Shown one piece after another: positions 11,311 to 23,940 of a stretch of 64,000 bases of DNA (the first letter of the stretch is position 1; the number at the start of each line of letters is the position of its first letter). The notes below the pieces were generated by a model. That model ran no database searches, was not told where the DNA came from, and saw nothing but the letters and a program-made list of their open reading frames with translations. The translations under genes were made by a program, and so were the position numbers. Source of the DNA: Octopus sinensis (taxonomy: Eukaryota); assembly GCF_006345805.1 (NCBI RefSeq), contig NC_042998.1, forward strand, positions 24,056,001 through 24,120,000. Direction: 5' to 3'.

Positions 11311-11483
11311 CGGTTTTTTGACTATTTATTAAAATTTTATGTATTGATTAAGTCTTCCTTGTTTGTTTTGCAAAATAGTGGTTTTGTCTCTAATAATATT
11401 TTAATATTTTACTATAAAATTGGATTAATCCTAAATCTGATTTTTTTCCCTGTAAATTTGGATTTATTCCCTAATATATTATT

Positions 11484-11515
<32 letters not shown>

Positions 11516-11567
11516 CATATATATATATGTCAAATAATGACGACGACGATGAGGATATATATGTATA

Positions 11568-11607
<40 letters not shown>

Positions 11608-12928
11608 TATAATTTCATTTCATTATATGCAAACCCCAACACTTTATGTCTGTCTTTGTATTGTTCCCTTCTTCCATCCTTCACCCGTGGCAATAATTTA
11701 TTATTATTATCATTGTGATTATTATTATTATTATTATTACTAATATCACCATCATTATCATTATTATTATTATTAGCATTATTATTATTATTACATGCTA
11801 ATTCCCCAAATACCAGCAATATTTCTCTTCATTTCAGTTGTGTAAATTTAAATTAAGAATTACATAAAACCTGATAGGTAGCTTTATAATTCCATTAAAT
11901 CAATAAGTATGAAACCTTGAATTAATTTAATAATGTCTTTCATTTAAAGAAGAGGTTTGTTGAGTGATTTTGACTCTATATATTTCTAGTTGCAGTGTAA
12001 ATGGCTTTTCACACCAGTTCCACATTTAGCAAAGAGCTTTGAATTTATTCATCTTCCAATATCTTTGTTCAATAAATCTTCAAGTTTATTAACTGGAAAC
12101 ATTTCATCTATTTGATTTTCAGCAAATACCATTAATATATTTTGACCCTCACACATAAATACAGTCATACTGAGAACTTTATACTATATGTGTGTTTGTG
12201 TATTTGCATGTGTGGTGTGTATGTGTGTGGTGTGTGTGTGTTCGTGTGTGTACATACATATATACATATGCATTTATGTATATGTATATACATACATATG
12301 TATTTGTATATATACATAATATATATATATATATATATATAATGATATATATATAAATATGATGATTATTATATATATATATGTATATATATTATATGTG
12401 TGTGTGTGTTTCTGTGTATACTTTTGTGTATATATGTATCTGTGTGTGTAGGCGTATATATATTACATACATACATATATACATATATACATACATATAT
12501 ATATATATGCATATATATATATATACAAACACACACACACATATATATATATATATATGTGCATAAATATAAATATATATATATATATATGCGTATATAT
12601 ATGCCTATATATACTTATATATGTACAGAAAACTACATATATGTATGTATATATGTAGGTATATATATATATTCGTGTATCTGAGAGTGGAATAAAGCAG
12701 GAGGGTTGATTTAAGTGTTTTTATTGCAACATCGAGAATTACTTGATCTTACATGTGTTTCGCTAGCAAATATTGGTATATTATTTGATAACATTACATA
12801 AACAACTACACAAATATTTTTGAAATAACAGATCTTCAGATGAGTATTGTAATTCAAGTCTGGACTATATACCATCTATGCTTTTGCATTATCAACTAAC
12901 ATAGGGTGGTTGACAGTGCAAAGACACA

Positions 12929-13348
12929 TACTCTTACTCTTTCTCTTTTACTTGTTTCAGTCATTTGACTGCGGCCATGCTGGAGCACCGCCTTTAGTCG
13001 AGCAAATCGACCCCGGGACTTATTCTTTGTAAGCCCAGTACTTATTCTATCGGTCTCTTTTGCCGAACCGCTAAGTGACGGGAACGTAATCACCCCAGCA
13101 TCGGTTGTCAAGCAATGCTAGGGGGACAAACACGCAAACATATACACACACATACACACATATATACATATATATACATATATACGACAGGCTTCTTTCA
13201 GTTTCCATCTACCAAATCCACTCACAAGGCATTGGTCGGCCCGGGGCTATAGCAGAAGACACCTGCCCAAGATGCCACGCAGTGGGACTGAACCCGGAAC
13301 CATGTGGTTGGTTAGCAAGCTACTTACCACACAGCCACTCCTGCGCCT
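12929..13348 (-). mobile_element. SINE family A, full length
   Basis: Reverse complement of the 9371-9772 consensus. Confidence 0.9.
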
Positions 13349-13479
13349 ACATCTGTAAGAATATGTTAAATATTTGAATTACAATATTTTTCTGAAGATC
13401 TGGTATTTCGGCATTATTACATACAATCATTCATGGAACACTCATCACATAACGTACCAGTTTTTACTTATGAAACATT

Positions 13480-13870
13480 CTTTTGTTCTTTCACTTCATT
13501 CAGTCATTTGACTGTTGCCATGCTGGAGCACCATCTTGAAGAATTGAAGAATTTTAGTTGAATGAATCGATTCCAGTTCTTATTTTTGAGTTTGGTATTT
13601 ATTCTATCAGTCTCTTTTGCTGAACTGCTAAGTTATGAGAATATGAACACACCAACACCTGTTCTCAAGTAGTGGTTGGGGACCAACACAGACTCAAGGA
13701 CATACTCACACACACACACACAGGGCTTCTTTCAGTTTCCATCTATTAATTCCACTCACAAGATATTGGTCAGCCTGAGGTTATAGTAGAAGACATTTGT
13801 GCCACACAGTGGGACCGAACCTGGAACCATGTGATTGAGAAGCGAACTTCTTATCACACAGCCACACCGG
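13480..13870 (-). mobile_element. SINE family A, degraded
   Basis: cagtcatttgactgt.gccatgctggagcacc...ttatcacacagccac. Confidence 0.8.
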
Positions 13871-13923
13871 CATCTAGATGATGTAATTAATGCTGTTGTA
13901 TCACCACCACCACCACCACCACC

Positions 13924-13939
<16 letters not shown>

Positions 13940-13973
<34 letters not shown>

Positions 13974-14125
13974 TTAATGTCCGCTTTTCATGCTGGTATG
14001 GGTTGGACGATTTGGCTGAGGACTGGCGAACCAGTTGGCTGCACCAGGCTCCAATCTGCTCTGGCAGAGTTTCTACAGCTGGATGCCCTTCCTTATGCCA
14101 ACCACTCTGAGAGTGTAGTGGGCAC
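13940..14125 (-). mobile_element. RTE 3'-UTR terminal fragment
   Basis: (CAT)n tail plus catgctggtatgggttggacg...ctacagctggatgcccttcc...gagagtgtagtggg. Confidence 0.8.
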
Positions 14126-14319
14126 TTTTACGATGCTCTGTAAAGCATTCAAAGGTAAATACCAAATAAAAATCAGAGAATGAATAACATTGAATACACT
14201 GAATACCCTGTTGTTGATGTTGAAATTCCAATGAAGGAACTTTGGATCTAGGTTAGAAACCGACCCTTTCAATATTGGCAAGAAATCTCGAGATAAAACT
14301 GAACAATGACATACATACA

Positions 14320-14700
14320 TACTTTTACTTGTTTCAGTCATTTGACTGTGGCCATGCTGGAGCACCACCTTTAGTCAAAGAAATTGACTCCAGGACTTAT
14401 TCTTTGTAAGCCTAGTACTTAGTCTATCGGTCTCTTGTGCCAAACTGCTAAGTTACAGGGACGTAAACACACCAACATTGGTTGTCAAGTGATGTGACAA
14501 ACATAGACACACAAATACATATATATATATATATATATATACACAACAGGCTTCTTTAAGTTTCCATCTACCAGAACCTCTCACAAGGCTTTGGTCGGCC
14601 TGAAGCTATAGTAGAAGTCACTTGCCTAAGGTACTATGCAGGGGGATTGAACCTGGAACCATGAGGTTGGGAAGCAAGCTTCTTACCACACAGCCACTCC
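14320..14700 (-). mobile_element. SINE family A
   Basis: Family A tail, body and head in reverse orientation. Confidence 0.85.
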
Positions 14701-14784
14701 TTTACATACTATATATGCTGATGCATATATATTGTAGTAATGGTGATGATGACAATAATGGTAATGATGACGATGATGATGATG

Positions 14785-15010
14785 ATGAGAAGAAGACTAA
14801 AATGAAGAAGAAGAAGGAGGAGGAGGAGAAGAAGAAGAAGAAGAAGAAGAAGAAGAAGAAAGAAAGAAGAGAAGAAGAAGAAGAGAAGAAGAGAAGAAGA
14901 AGAAGAAGAAGAAGAAGAAGAAGACAAAGAAAAAGAAGAAGAAGGAGGAGAAGAAGAAGAAGAAGAAGAAGAAGGAAAAGAAGAGGTAAATGAAGGAGAA
15001 GAAAAGGAGA
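14785..15010. repeat. (GAA)n/(GGA)n purine microsatellite
   Basis: Direct inspection; source of the poly-K/R/E pseudo-ORF. Confidence 0.9.
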
Positions 15011-15277
15011 ATGAGGGTTAATGGGTATCAAAGAGGGAGAGAAAAGAAATTAAAACATTTTTTTAAGGAGTTTAGCTGCAAAGGACCATTTAACAGAATA
15101 TTTTAAGAGTTCAAAAACGAAAACCTGGAAAAAGTGAAATAAGAGAAATCAAACTTTAAAAGGAAGAAGCTTCACATAGGGATTTCCAAAAAGCTTGAAA
15201 GAGATAAGGGGTTAGGAAACAGCAGGCTTTATCTAAAGAAAGGATCAGTAAAGAAAGAGATCAAGGGAATATTCAAG

Positions 15278-15678
15278 TGGCTGTGTGGTAAGTAGCTTGC
15301 TTACCAGCCACATGGTTCCAGGTTCAGTCTCACTGCGTGGCACCTTGGGCAAGTGTCTTCTACTATAGCCTCGGGCTGACCAAAGCCTTGTGAGTGGAAT
15401 TGGTAGATGGAAACTGAAAGAAGCCCGTCGCTTATATATATATATATATGCGACTGGATCTCTTCTTGTCGGGGGTCCCTGATGAACCTACCTCACGACA
15501 GGAGGCACAGATGTGGGCAGTGGCATCGAACTCCCTTGTTGACCAAGTGCCAGTCTCACTGCGTTGACCGGGTTCAGTCTCACTGCGTGGAACCTTGGGC
15601 AAGTGTCCTCTACTATAGCCTCGGGCTGACCAAAGCCTTGTGAGTGGAATTGGTAGATGGAAACTGAAAGAAGCCCGT

Positions 15679-15716
<38 letters not shown>

Positions 15717-16160
15717 ACTGGATCTCTTCTTGTCGGGGGTCCCAGATGAACCTACCTCACGACAGGAGACACAGATGCGGGCAGCGGCATCGAACTCCCT
15801 TGTTAACCATGTGCCACGTATCAGAGGTGGATTCACATATTAGTGTAGCTTATTCAGCGGTGGTGCCCCAGCATGGCCGTGGCCTTCGGGCTAAAACATT
15901 TTTAAGGATTTTAAGGATTTAAAGATACGTATGTGTGTGCTTATATGTTTGTATGTCCATGTTTGTCCTCTCACCATCACTTGACCACTGATGCTGGTGT
16001 GTTTACGTCCCTGTAACTTAGCAGTTCAGCAAAAAGAGACCAATAGAATAAGTACTAGGCATACAAAGAATAAGTCCTGCGGTCAATTTGCTTGACTAAA
16101 GTTGGTGCTCCAGCATAGCCACAGTCATATGACTGAAACAAGTAAAAGAGTAAAAGGGTA
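15278..16160 (+). mobile_element. SINE family A carrying an internal insertion and a tandem duplication
   Basis: Family A head, then a GC-rich unit (cgactggatctcttcttgtcggggg...) present twice together with a duplicated head segment, then the family A 3' half. Confidence 0.8.
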
Positions 16161-16339
16161 AAATAGTAGCACTCATGAAGTGCATGGCTTAGTGGTTCGG
16201 TCGTCAGACTCATACCCTGGACTGAGGAGCATATTGTGTTCTTGTGCATGATGCTTCAGTTCATGTTGCACTATGTCCACTCAGCTGGTAAAAGTGAGTT
16301 GTCTTGCAATGGAGCAGTGTCCTATCCAGGAGTAAACCG

Positions 16340-16535
16340 GCTACTACATCGACTCCAGTGTTTTACTGGTACTTGATCTATCGAACCCCCAGATCAGACC
16401 CCACCAAAAAAAAAAAAAAAAACGGATGAAAGGCAAAGTCGACCTCAACAGAATTTGAACTCAGAACCAAGCGATGGGGCGAAATACTGTAAAGTATTTT
16501 GTCCCGCGTGCTAATGATTCTGCCAGCTCGCTGCG
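16340..16535 (-). mobile_element. SINE family B variant
   Basis: ggatgaaaggcaaagtcgacctc...gaatttgaactcagaac...ctgccagctcgc. Confidence 0.75.
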
Positions 16536-16539
16536 TTGA

Positions 16540-16905
16540 TGACGACTACTACTACTAACTACTACTACTACTACTACTAACTACTGCTGCTGCTGCTGCT
16601 GCTGCTACTACTGCTACTACTGCTGCTGCTACTACTACTACTACAGCTACTACTGCTGCTTCTGCTGCTACTACTACTGCTGCTACTGCTGCTGCTGCTG
16701 CTACTACTACTACTATTACTACTACTTCTACTACTACTACTTCTACTACTACTACGACCACCACCACCACCACCACCACCACCGCTGCCGCTGCCGCCTC
16801 CACTACTACTACTACTCCTACTACTATTTCTAACAACAACAACAACAACAACAACAATAATAATAATAATAACAACACCAGCAACAACAACAATAATGAC
16901 AATAA
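16540..16905. repeat. Compound trinucleotide tract (CTA/CTG/CCA/CAA/TAA)
   Basis: Direct inspection. Confidence 0.9.
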
Positions 16906-17272
16906 TACTAGAAACAGTTATCTTGCCGATATAATGAAAATATTTTTGTCTGGAAGCATTTTTTAGTAGTGAACACGGAAGTATTAAAAACATAGTCATT
17001 TTCAGAGCATTTTAATATAATAAAATAAAATGCAATAACCTCAGATGAATGGGCACTGTTATTTGTAATAAAATACATTTATAGACATATTAAATAACTT
17101 AGCTGGACACAGTCTGGGTTTTTGGCATTAACATAAGCTGTAAAGTTACTAACAGCCATGAAAATGTCATCATAAAAGAATTAATCAAATGTATACATAG
17201 ACTGATGATGGAATGCCAAGATGTGATGGAAGAAACCAGAAACCAGAGAAGTTGTTGGCTATCTTAGGGTTA

Positions 17273-17495
17273 ACTGGCAGAATCGTTAGCACGCTGGGCG
17301 AAATGCGTAGCCGTATTTCGTCTGCTGTTACGTTCTGGGTTCAAATTCCGCCGAGGTCGACTTTGCCTTTCATCCTTTCTGGGTCGATAAATTAAGTACC
17401 AGTTACGCATTGGGGTCGATATAATCGACTTAATCCGTTCGTCTGTCCTTGTTTGTCCCCTCTATGTTTAGCCCCTTGTGGGTAGTAAAGAAATA
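17273..17495 (+). mobile_element. SINE family B monomer
   Basis: Family B body; 13-bp TSD tatcttagggtta at 17260-17272 and 17496-17508. Confidence 0.9.
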
Positions 17496-18142
17496 TATCT
17501 TAGGGTTACCTACTTGTAAACAAATGTGGTAGCATGTAACATTATTGACCGAGGTTACTGTGGTCTTTTCTGTAGGCTTTTCTTTCCACGGATAAACCTT
17601 ATCTGCTTCCCTCTTTACACTTTACATCATGACATTTCTGTGATACATGATCCCTATTGATCGTTTTTTTCTTTTCTTTTTTTTTTCTCCTTTCCTTTAT
17701 TTTCTTACCCTTTTATGATCCCTTTTGATCGAAAATCTACCCCACTTTTTTTTTTCTCCCCAAAAAGAAAAGCTCTACTTTGTAATCTGTCCTGTCTGTG
17801 TGCAGTCATGTGTGGCTAATAAAGAAACATGTCTTCTCTCAGCAGGGGTTAGAATTACCAATATTATTGTTATCAATATTATTAATATGTTAATTTTGGT
17901 AAGTTAATTTCAAATTATTTTTTAATGCTAAATTTTGGTGATTAGAAGCTTGTATGAAGTTCATTTCTTTTTTTTAACAGGTGAAGAGAAATTCTTAGAT
18001 TTATAGCTTCTATGACTTCCAAGAATCTATCTGAGATTCTCTTTTGCCACTTACTTGTTTCAGTTCATTAGACTATGGCCATGCTGTGGCACTGCCTTGC
18101 AGAACTTTTAGTCAATTGACTGAATTGACTCCAATACATCAT

Positions 18143-18520
18143 TATCATCATCATCATCGTTTAACATTCACTTTCCATGCTAGCATGTGTTGGATGATTT
18201 GACTGAGGTCTGGTGAACCAGATGGCTGCACCAGACTCCAATCTGATCTGGCAGAGTTTCTACAACTGGATGCCCTTCCTAACACTAACCACTCTGAGAG
18301 TGTAGTGGGCGCTTTTATGTGCCACTGGCATGAGGGCCAGTCAGGCGGTACTGGCAACGGCCACACTCAAATGGTGCTTTTTATGTGCCACCAGCACAGG
18401 AGCCAGTCCAGCGGCACTGGCAACGACCTCGATCAAATGGTTTTTCACATGCTACCAGCACAAGTGCTAGTAAGGCAATGCTGTAACGATCACGCTCGAA
18501 TGGTCTTTTTAATGTGCCAT
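18143..18520 (-). mobile_element. RTE 3'-UTR fragment with ~3 degenerate array units
   Basis: (CAT)n tail, ccatgctagcatg palindrome, ggatgcccttcct motif, tttatgtgccac units. Confidence 0.8.
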
Positions 18521-18934
18521 TGGCAAGGAGGACAGTTCCTTCTTAAAGCCTCTACTTAAGCCTGGTATTTATTTTGTCAATGTCTTTTGCTGAACCGCTA
18601 AGATACAGGGACATGAACTTATCAATATCACATATAACCATATCAAGAATAAACAAAAAAAAAGAAGAATTCATAATCCTCATAAAAATTCTAACGAACA
18701 TAATTATAAATTCTAACCCCAAAGGCTGAATCAAAATAATCAACATACTAATAATAGAAAAACCTAAAGAAAAAAAAAACATAGCAAAAAATAAAATACC
18801 CATTTTAATCTGTAATATCCAATGTTATTATTTTAATTAAACTATCTTTTGTAATTTATAAATAGAATATTATTTTCCTGAACACCCCAACAAAAATCAG
18901 TTGTCAAGCTGGTAGAGGACAAACACAGATACAG

Positions 18935-19340
18935 TGGCATGCATACACACATATACATACACACATACATACATTCAACGACCATACATACATACACACA
19001 CACACATACATACATACATACATACATACATACATACATACATACATACATACATACAGGCATGCATGCATGCATGCATGCATACATACATACATACTAC
19101 ATACATACATACATACATACATACATACACACATACATACACACACACACATACATACACACTCATACATACATACACACACATACATACCTACATACAT
19201 ACATACATACATGCATTCATACATACTATTACATACATACACACACATACACACACACACACATACATACATACATACATACATACATACATACATACAT
19301 ACATACATACATACATACATACATACAAACATACATACAT
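18935..19340. repeat. (CATA)n/(CA)n microsatellite tract
   Basis: Direct inspection. Confidence 0.9.
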
Positions 19341-19497
19341 GATCAGTGGAAAAGAGAACACCTATGATGAACTATTGAGAAATCTGCAGTTACTCTATCC
19401 AGATTACAAGTTCAGGTTTGTACCTGTAGTTATTGGAGTCCTGGGACATGTAACACACTGCCTAAATACCAATCTTGAGAAATTAGGCTTCTCAAAA
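19340..19497 (+). pseudogene. Restriction-like endonuclease C-terminal fragment of an RLE-type LINE
   Basis: KENTYDELLRNLQLLYPDYKFRFVPVVIGVLGHVTHCLNTNLEKLGF resembles the RLE motif KY..L.......VP.VIGALG.V...L...L..LG. Confidence 0.65.
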
Positions 19498-19779
19498 GCA
19501 TCCAACTCATGCCAGCATGGAAAGCGGATGTTAAATGACACCAATGATGATGATAGAAAAATCAAAATTCTCTTGTTTTTGTTAACAAATTTGTTAACAG
19601 ATTTTGTCAACAAAGAAAGAGATAATGTTTTTTCTCTTTTATCTTTAACTCGTTTCAGTCAGTGGACTGTGACCATGCTGGGGCACCCTCTTCAAGGATT
19701 TAGTCAAACAAATTGTACCCCGAGTCTGGCACTTACTCCATCGGTCTCTTCTACTGAAATGCTAAGTTACAGGTCATAA

Positions 19780-20015
19780 AAATACCTATTTCTTTACTAC
19801 CCACAAGGGGCTAAACACAGAGAGGACAAACAAGGACAGACATAGGTATTAAGTCGATTACATCGACCCCAGTGCGTAACTGGTACTTAATTTATCGACC
19901 CCGAAAGGATGAAAAGCAAAGTCGACCTCAGCGGAATTTGAACTCACAATGTAACGGCAGACGAAATACCGCTAAGCATTTTGCCCACCGGGCTAACGTT
20001 TCTGCCACCTCGCTG
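19780..20015 (-). mobile_element. SINE family B monomer
   Basis: Reverse complement of family B, ending ...gtagtaaagaaataggtattt. Confidence 0.9.
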
Positions 20016-21042
20016 CAGGTCATAAAAATACCATTACTGGTTGTGAATGATTGGTGGATGGGACAAGCAAAAACACAAAGGCACACACACTTATATACAT
20101 ACATACACAAGCACCCAACATAAACACACATACACACACACATGAGGAGATGCTGAAAATTTCCTGGCTTTGGGTAAAAGAAAATACACAAGGATCAGTT
20201 AATTAGGATTTTATTCAACATATTCCTCTCACAGATTCACACACTTATTGCAGCAGCCCTTCAGTTTTTCTAAGCCCTGTAAAATAACTTGGAAGGTCAG
20301 GCCTCTGACCAAGCTTTTGTGATCCCCTTAAAGCCAGGAACTTTTCAGCGCTCCCTCATACATATATATAACAGACATCACATTGCTTCCATCTATCAAA
20401 TTTACTCACAAGGCATTGGTTGCCCCAGGGCTCCCAAAGTGGGACAGAATCTGAGTCTGGTAGAATCTAGTAGCAAAGTAACCTTTTTAACCACAAGACC
20501 TTACCTGTTGTTGAAGCTATTGATTTTGTCTTTCTCAAAATGGGTTCTGATTCAGTAAACCTATAATCAAATGCATGCCACCCACGACCATCCTATCTTA
20601 TTTTCAAGAACAGTGTACCCAAGACTAAATTATGCATTCTATCTTTTTTTAATGGTAGCATGGGGTTTGAAGATTTGACTGTTATTTCTTGTGATCTGAG
20701 TGACACATAGAGGTTCCCTAGTTGGCTCATGTCAAAACTGAATTTATGTAGAGGCATCATATTTGAAATGATATTTTCATTGCAAAATTTGAAAGACATA
20801 TGGCATATTGTATTGTCACACAGCGAAGTAATTTGAATGACTACTTTTTCCAAAAGTACCTGGTATGAACTTAAATGTTTTTGAAGAGAAGTCAGTTTTA
20901 AGCAAATTCTATAAGCCCCATGCTATCTCACTACAGATATATATATGTGTATCTATCTATCTATCTATCTATCTATCACAAAATATATGTGTGTGTGTAT
21001 ATATATAAATATATATATATGTATGAAAACATACATATATAT

Positions 21043-21856
21043 GGAAATGACTAGAGACCGAGACCTATGGAAGTATGCTGTGCGTGAGAAGACCCGGCAA
21101 GACTAGTGAAGCCATAATCCGTGGGCCCCTACGATGTAGTCAGTCCACCTGTGCATACCTTCCTTCTTGTGACACTTGTGAAGACCTGTTGAGGCAAGTG
21201 AGAATCGAATCGAATCGTATCAAATCAAATCGAACCAAATCAAAATAATGAACATCAATGGAATTTGTATCCTTGTGGTACCAGTGCCGGTGGCACATAA
21301 GAAACCATCCGAACGTGACCGTAGCCAGTACCGCAATGACTGGCCTCCGTGCTGAGGGCACCGTAACAAACACCTTCCGAGCGTGGCCGTCCCCAGCCTC
21401 GTCTAGCACCTGTGTCGGTGACACATAAGAAAACACCATCCGAGCGTGGCCGTCTGCCAGCCTCGTCTGGCACCTGTGTCGGTGGCACATAAAAAACCCC
21501 ATCCGAGCGTGGCCGTCTGCCAGCCTCGTCTGGCACCTGTGTCGGTGGCACATAAAAAAACACCATCCGAGCGTGGCCGTCTGCCAGCCTCGTCTGGCAC
21601 CTGTGTCGGTGGCACATAAAAAACACCATCCGAGCGTGGCCGTCTGCCAGCCTCGTCTGGCACCTGTGTCGGTGGCACATAAAATCACCCACTACACTCT
21701 CGGAGTGGTTGGCGTTAGAAGGGCATCAGCTGTAGAAACACTGCCACATCTGACTGGCCTGGTGCAGCCTTCGGGCTTCCCAGACCCCAGTTGAACGTCC
21801 AACCCATGCTAGCATGGAAAGCGGACGTTAAAAAAAAATGATGAAATGATGATGAT
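21043..21856 (+). mobile_element. 5'-truncated RTE LINE with ~5 homogeneous 3'-UTR array units
   Basis: EMTRDRDLWKYAVREKTRQD*, then ~62-bp units (ctgtgtcggtggcacataaaaaacaccatccgagcgtggccgtctgccagcctcgtctggca), ggcatc/ccatgctagcatgg end and GAT tail; (TA)n flanks. Confidence 0.95.
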
Positions 21857-21878
21857 ATGATTGTATATTATATATATG

Positions 21879-21920
<42 letters not shown>

Positions 21921-22032
21921 ATGTGTGTGTATTTATATGTGTATATATATTTATATATATATATATATAATATATATATTATATATATATATATTCATAC
22001 ATCTATATCTGTCTATATATATTTATGGTATG

Positions 22033-22068
<36 letters not shown>

Positions 22069-22246
22069 TGTGTGTTTGTGTATGCATGCACAGATACAAT
22101 CTTGGTACACAATAAAAAGAAAGTGCTTAACTTATGTTACAGAATATATTTATTTGTTCATATTTAAATTCTATATTTCCACTCAGTGTGAAGATTTCAC
22201 TTTGAATAATATTTAGCCTTTAAAAATATTTAGCTTTTATGAAAAG

Positions 22247-22286
<40 letters not shown>

Positions 22287-22294
22287 ACATATAG

Positions 22295-22325
<31 letters not shown>

Positions 22326-22426
22326 CATATACATCATATAAAGAAAAATATATATATACATCTATATATTATATACACAATACATACATATATAAATATA
22401 TATTATATACACATATACATACATGC

Positions 22427-22488
<62 letters not shown>

Positions 22489-22703
22489 ATATGTATATAT
22501 ATGTACATATATACACATATATCATTTGTATATTTTTATTTGTACGTAAATATATATATGTATCTATCTATATATGTATAAATATATATAGATATATATA
22601 GATATATACATATATGTATATATATACACATACATATATATATATATATATATACATATATATATACATATATATACATATATATACATATTTATATATA
22701 CAT

Positions 22704-22734
<31 letters not shown>

Positions 22735-23180
22735 CATACACACACACACACATAAATATATGTATTTATAAACATACTCACTACACACGTTCTGTATATA
22801 TTGTACGTTGCCAAGTGATGGAAATGTGGTTTGGTTTCCGTCGTTATGTTTTTTTTTTATGATCTCAAATCATTGTTTATGGATATCATGTTTAATATTG
22901 TTTACATTAAATGTTTTAACAAGTAGTTTATTTGAACATATGTGTAAATGTTTGAACATGTGTGTGTGTGTACATACATATAATATATATGTGTATACGT
23001 GTGTGTGTGTGAGTGTATATATGTATTTATATATATATATATGTATATATATATATGATACATACACACTCATATACATACATTGCTGAAGATAGTCCTG
23101 TCTCACTGATAATTTTTCGTCTTTAGTATTGGTACCACAGATACAGGGTGGCCCAAAAGAAGGTTTAGAGTAATTCATCT

Positions 23181-23613
23181 CTTTACTCTCTTTTACTCTT
23201 TTACTTGTTTCAGCCATTTGACTGTGGCCATGCTGGAGCATTGCTTTTAGCCGAGCAAATCGACCCTCTATTCTTTGTAAGCCCAGTAGTTATTCTATCA
23301 GTCTCTTTTGCCGAACCGCTAAGTGACGGGGACGTAAACACGCCAGCATCGGTTGTCAAGCAATGCTAGGGGGACAAACACAGACACACAAACACACACA
23401 CACACATACATATATACATATATATACATATATACGACAGGCTTCTTTCAGTTTCCATCTACCAAATCCACTCACAAGGCATTGGTCGGCCCGGAAGACA
23501 CTTGCCCAAGACACTTGCAGAAGACACTTGCCCAAGATGCCACGCAGTGGGACTGAACCCGGAACCATGTGGTTGGTTAGCAAGCTACTTACCACATAGC
23601 CACTCCTGCGCCT
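23181..23613 (-). mobile_element. SINE family A nested in the rosa element
   Basis: Full family A in reverse, with an internal triplication of gaagacacttgc. Confidence 0.9.
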
Positions 23614-23686
23614 ATTTATTTCCTATTCATATATTATCAGTTTAGATCTTAATTATAAAAAATATATGAAATCATTATTCAGCAGT

Positions 23687-23940
23687 GGAGGCGTGTGGCT
23701 TAGTGGTTAGGGTGTCAGCATCATGATCGTAAGATTGTGGTTTCGATACCTGGACCGGGCGACGCGTTGTGTTCTTGAGCAAAACACTTCATTTCATGTT
23801 GCTCCAGTCCACTCAGCTAGCAAAAATGAGTAACGCTGCGATGGACTGGTGACCCGTCCAGCTGGGGAACACATACGCCATAGAAACTGGGAAACTGTGC
23901 CCATTAGCCTGGCTAGGCTTTAAAAGGGTGCATTTTTTAA
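23687..23940 (+). mobile_element. SINE family C nested in the rosa element
   Basis: Same family as 7713-7969; 11-bp TSD attattcagca at 23674-23684 and 23945-23955. Confidence 0.9.

Larger units (their letters stand above)
10292..11390 (+). mobile_element. Element bounded by ~135-bp direct repeats that each carry a hammerhead (PLE pLTR or retrozyme-like)
   Basis: Repeats at 10292-10427 and 11258-11390 share gattggaa.tccacctga.ga.tgtc...gaca.gaaac.attgtagtggcg...attaaaatttt.tatgtattgattaagtctt...caaaatagtggttttgtctc. Confidence 0.7.

Noticed and set aside
12745-12848. Minus-strand CUGAAGA...GAAACACAUGUA as a long-stem-II hammerhead
   Set aside because: The base of stem II (U/C) and stem I do not pair.
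15478-15510. CTGATGA in the nested GC-rich unit
   Set aside because: There is no downstream GAAA, and the duplicate copy reads CAGATGA.
17101-17270. 54-codon plus-strand open frame (LDTVWVFG...)
   Set aside because: No credible donor, weak acceptor, no homology recognised.
20593-20871. Minus-strand 86-aa ORF with a possible acceptor
   Set aside because: No recognisable motif, weak acceptor, and no supporting neighbouring exons.
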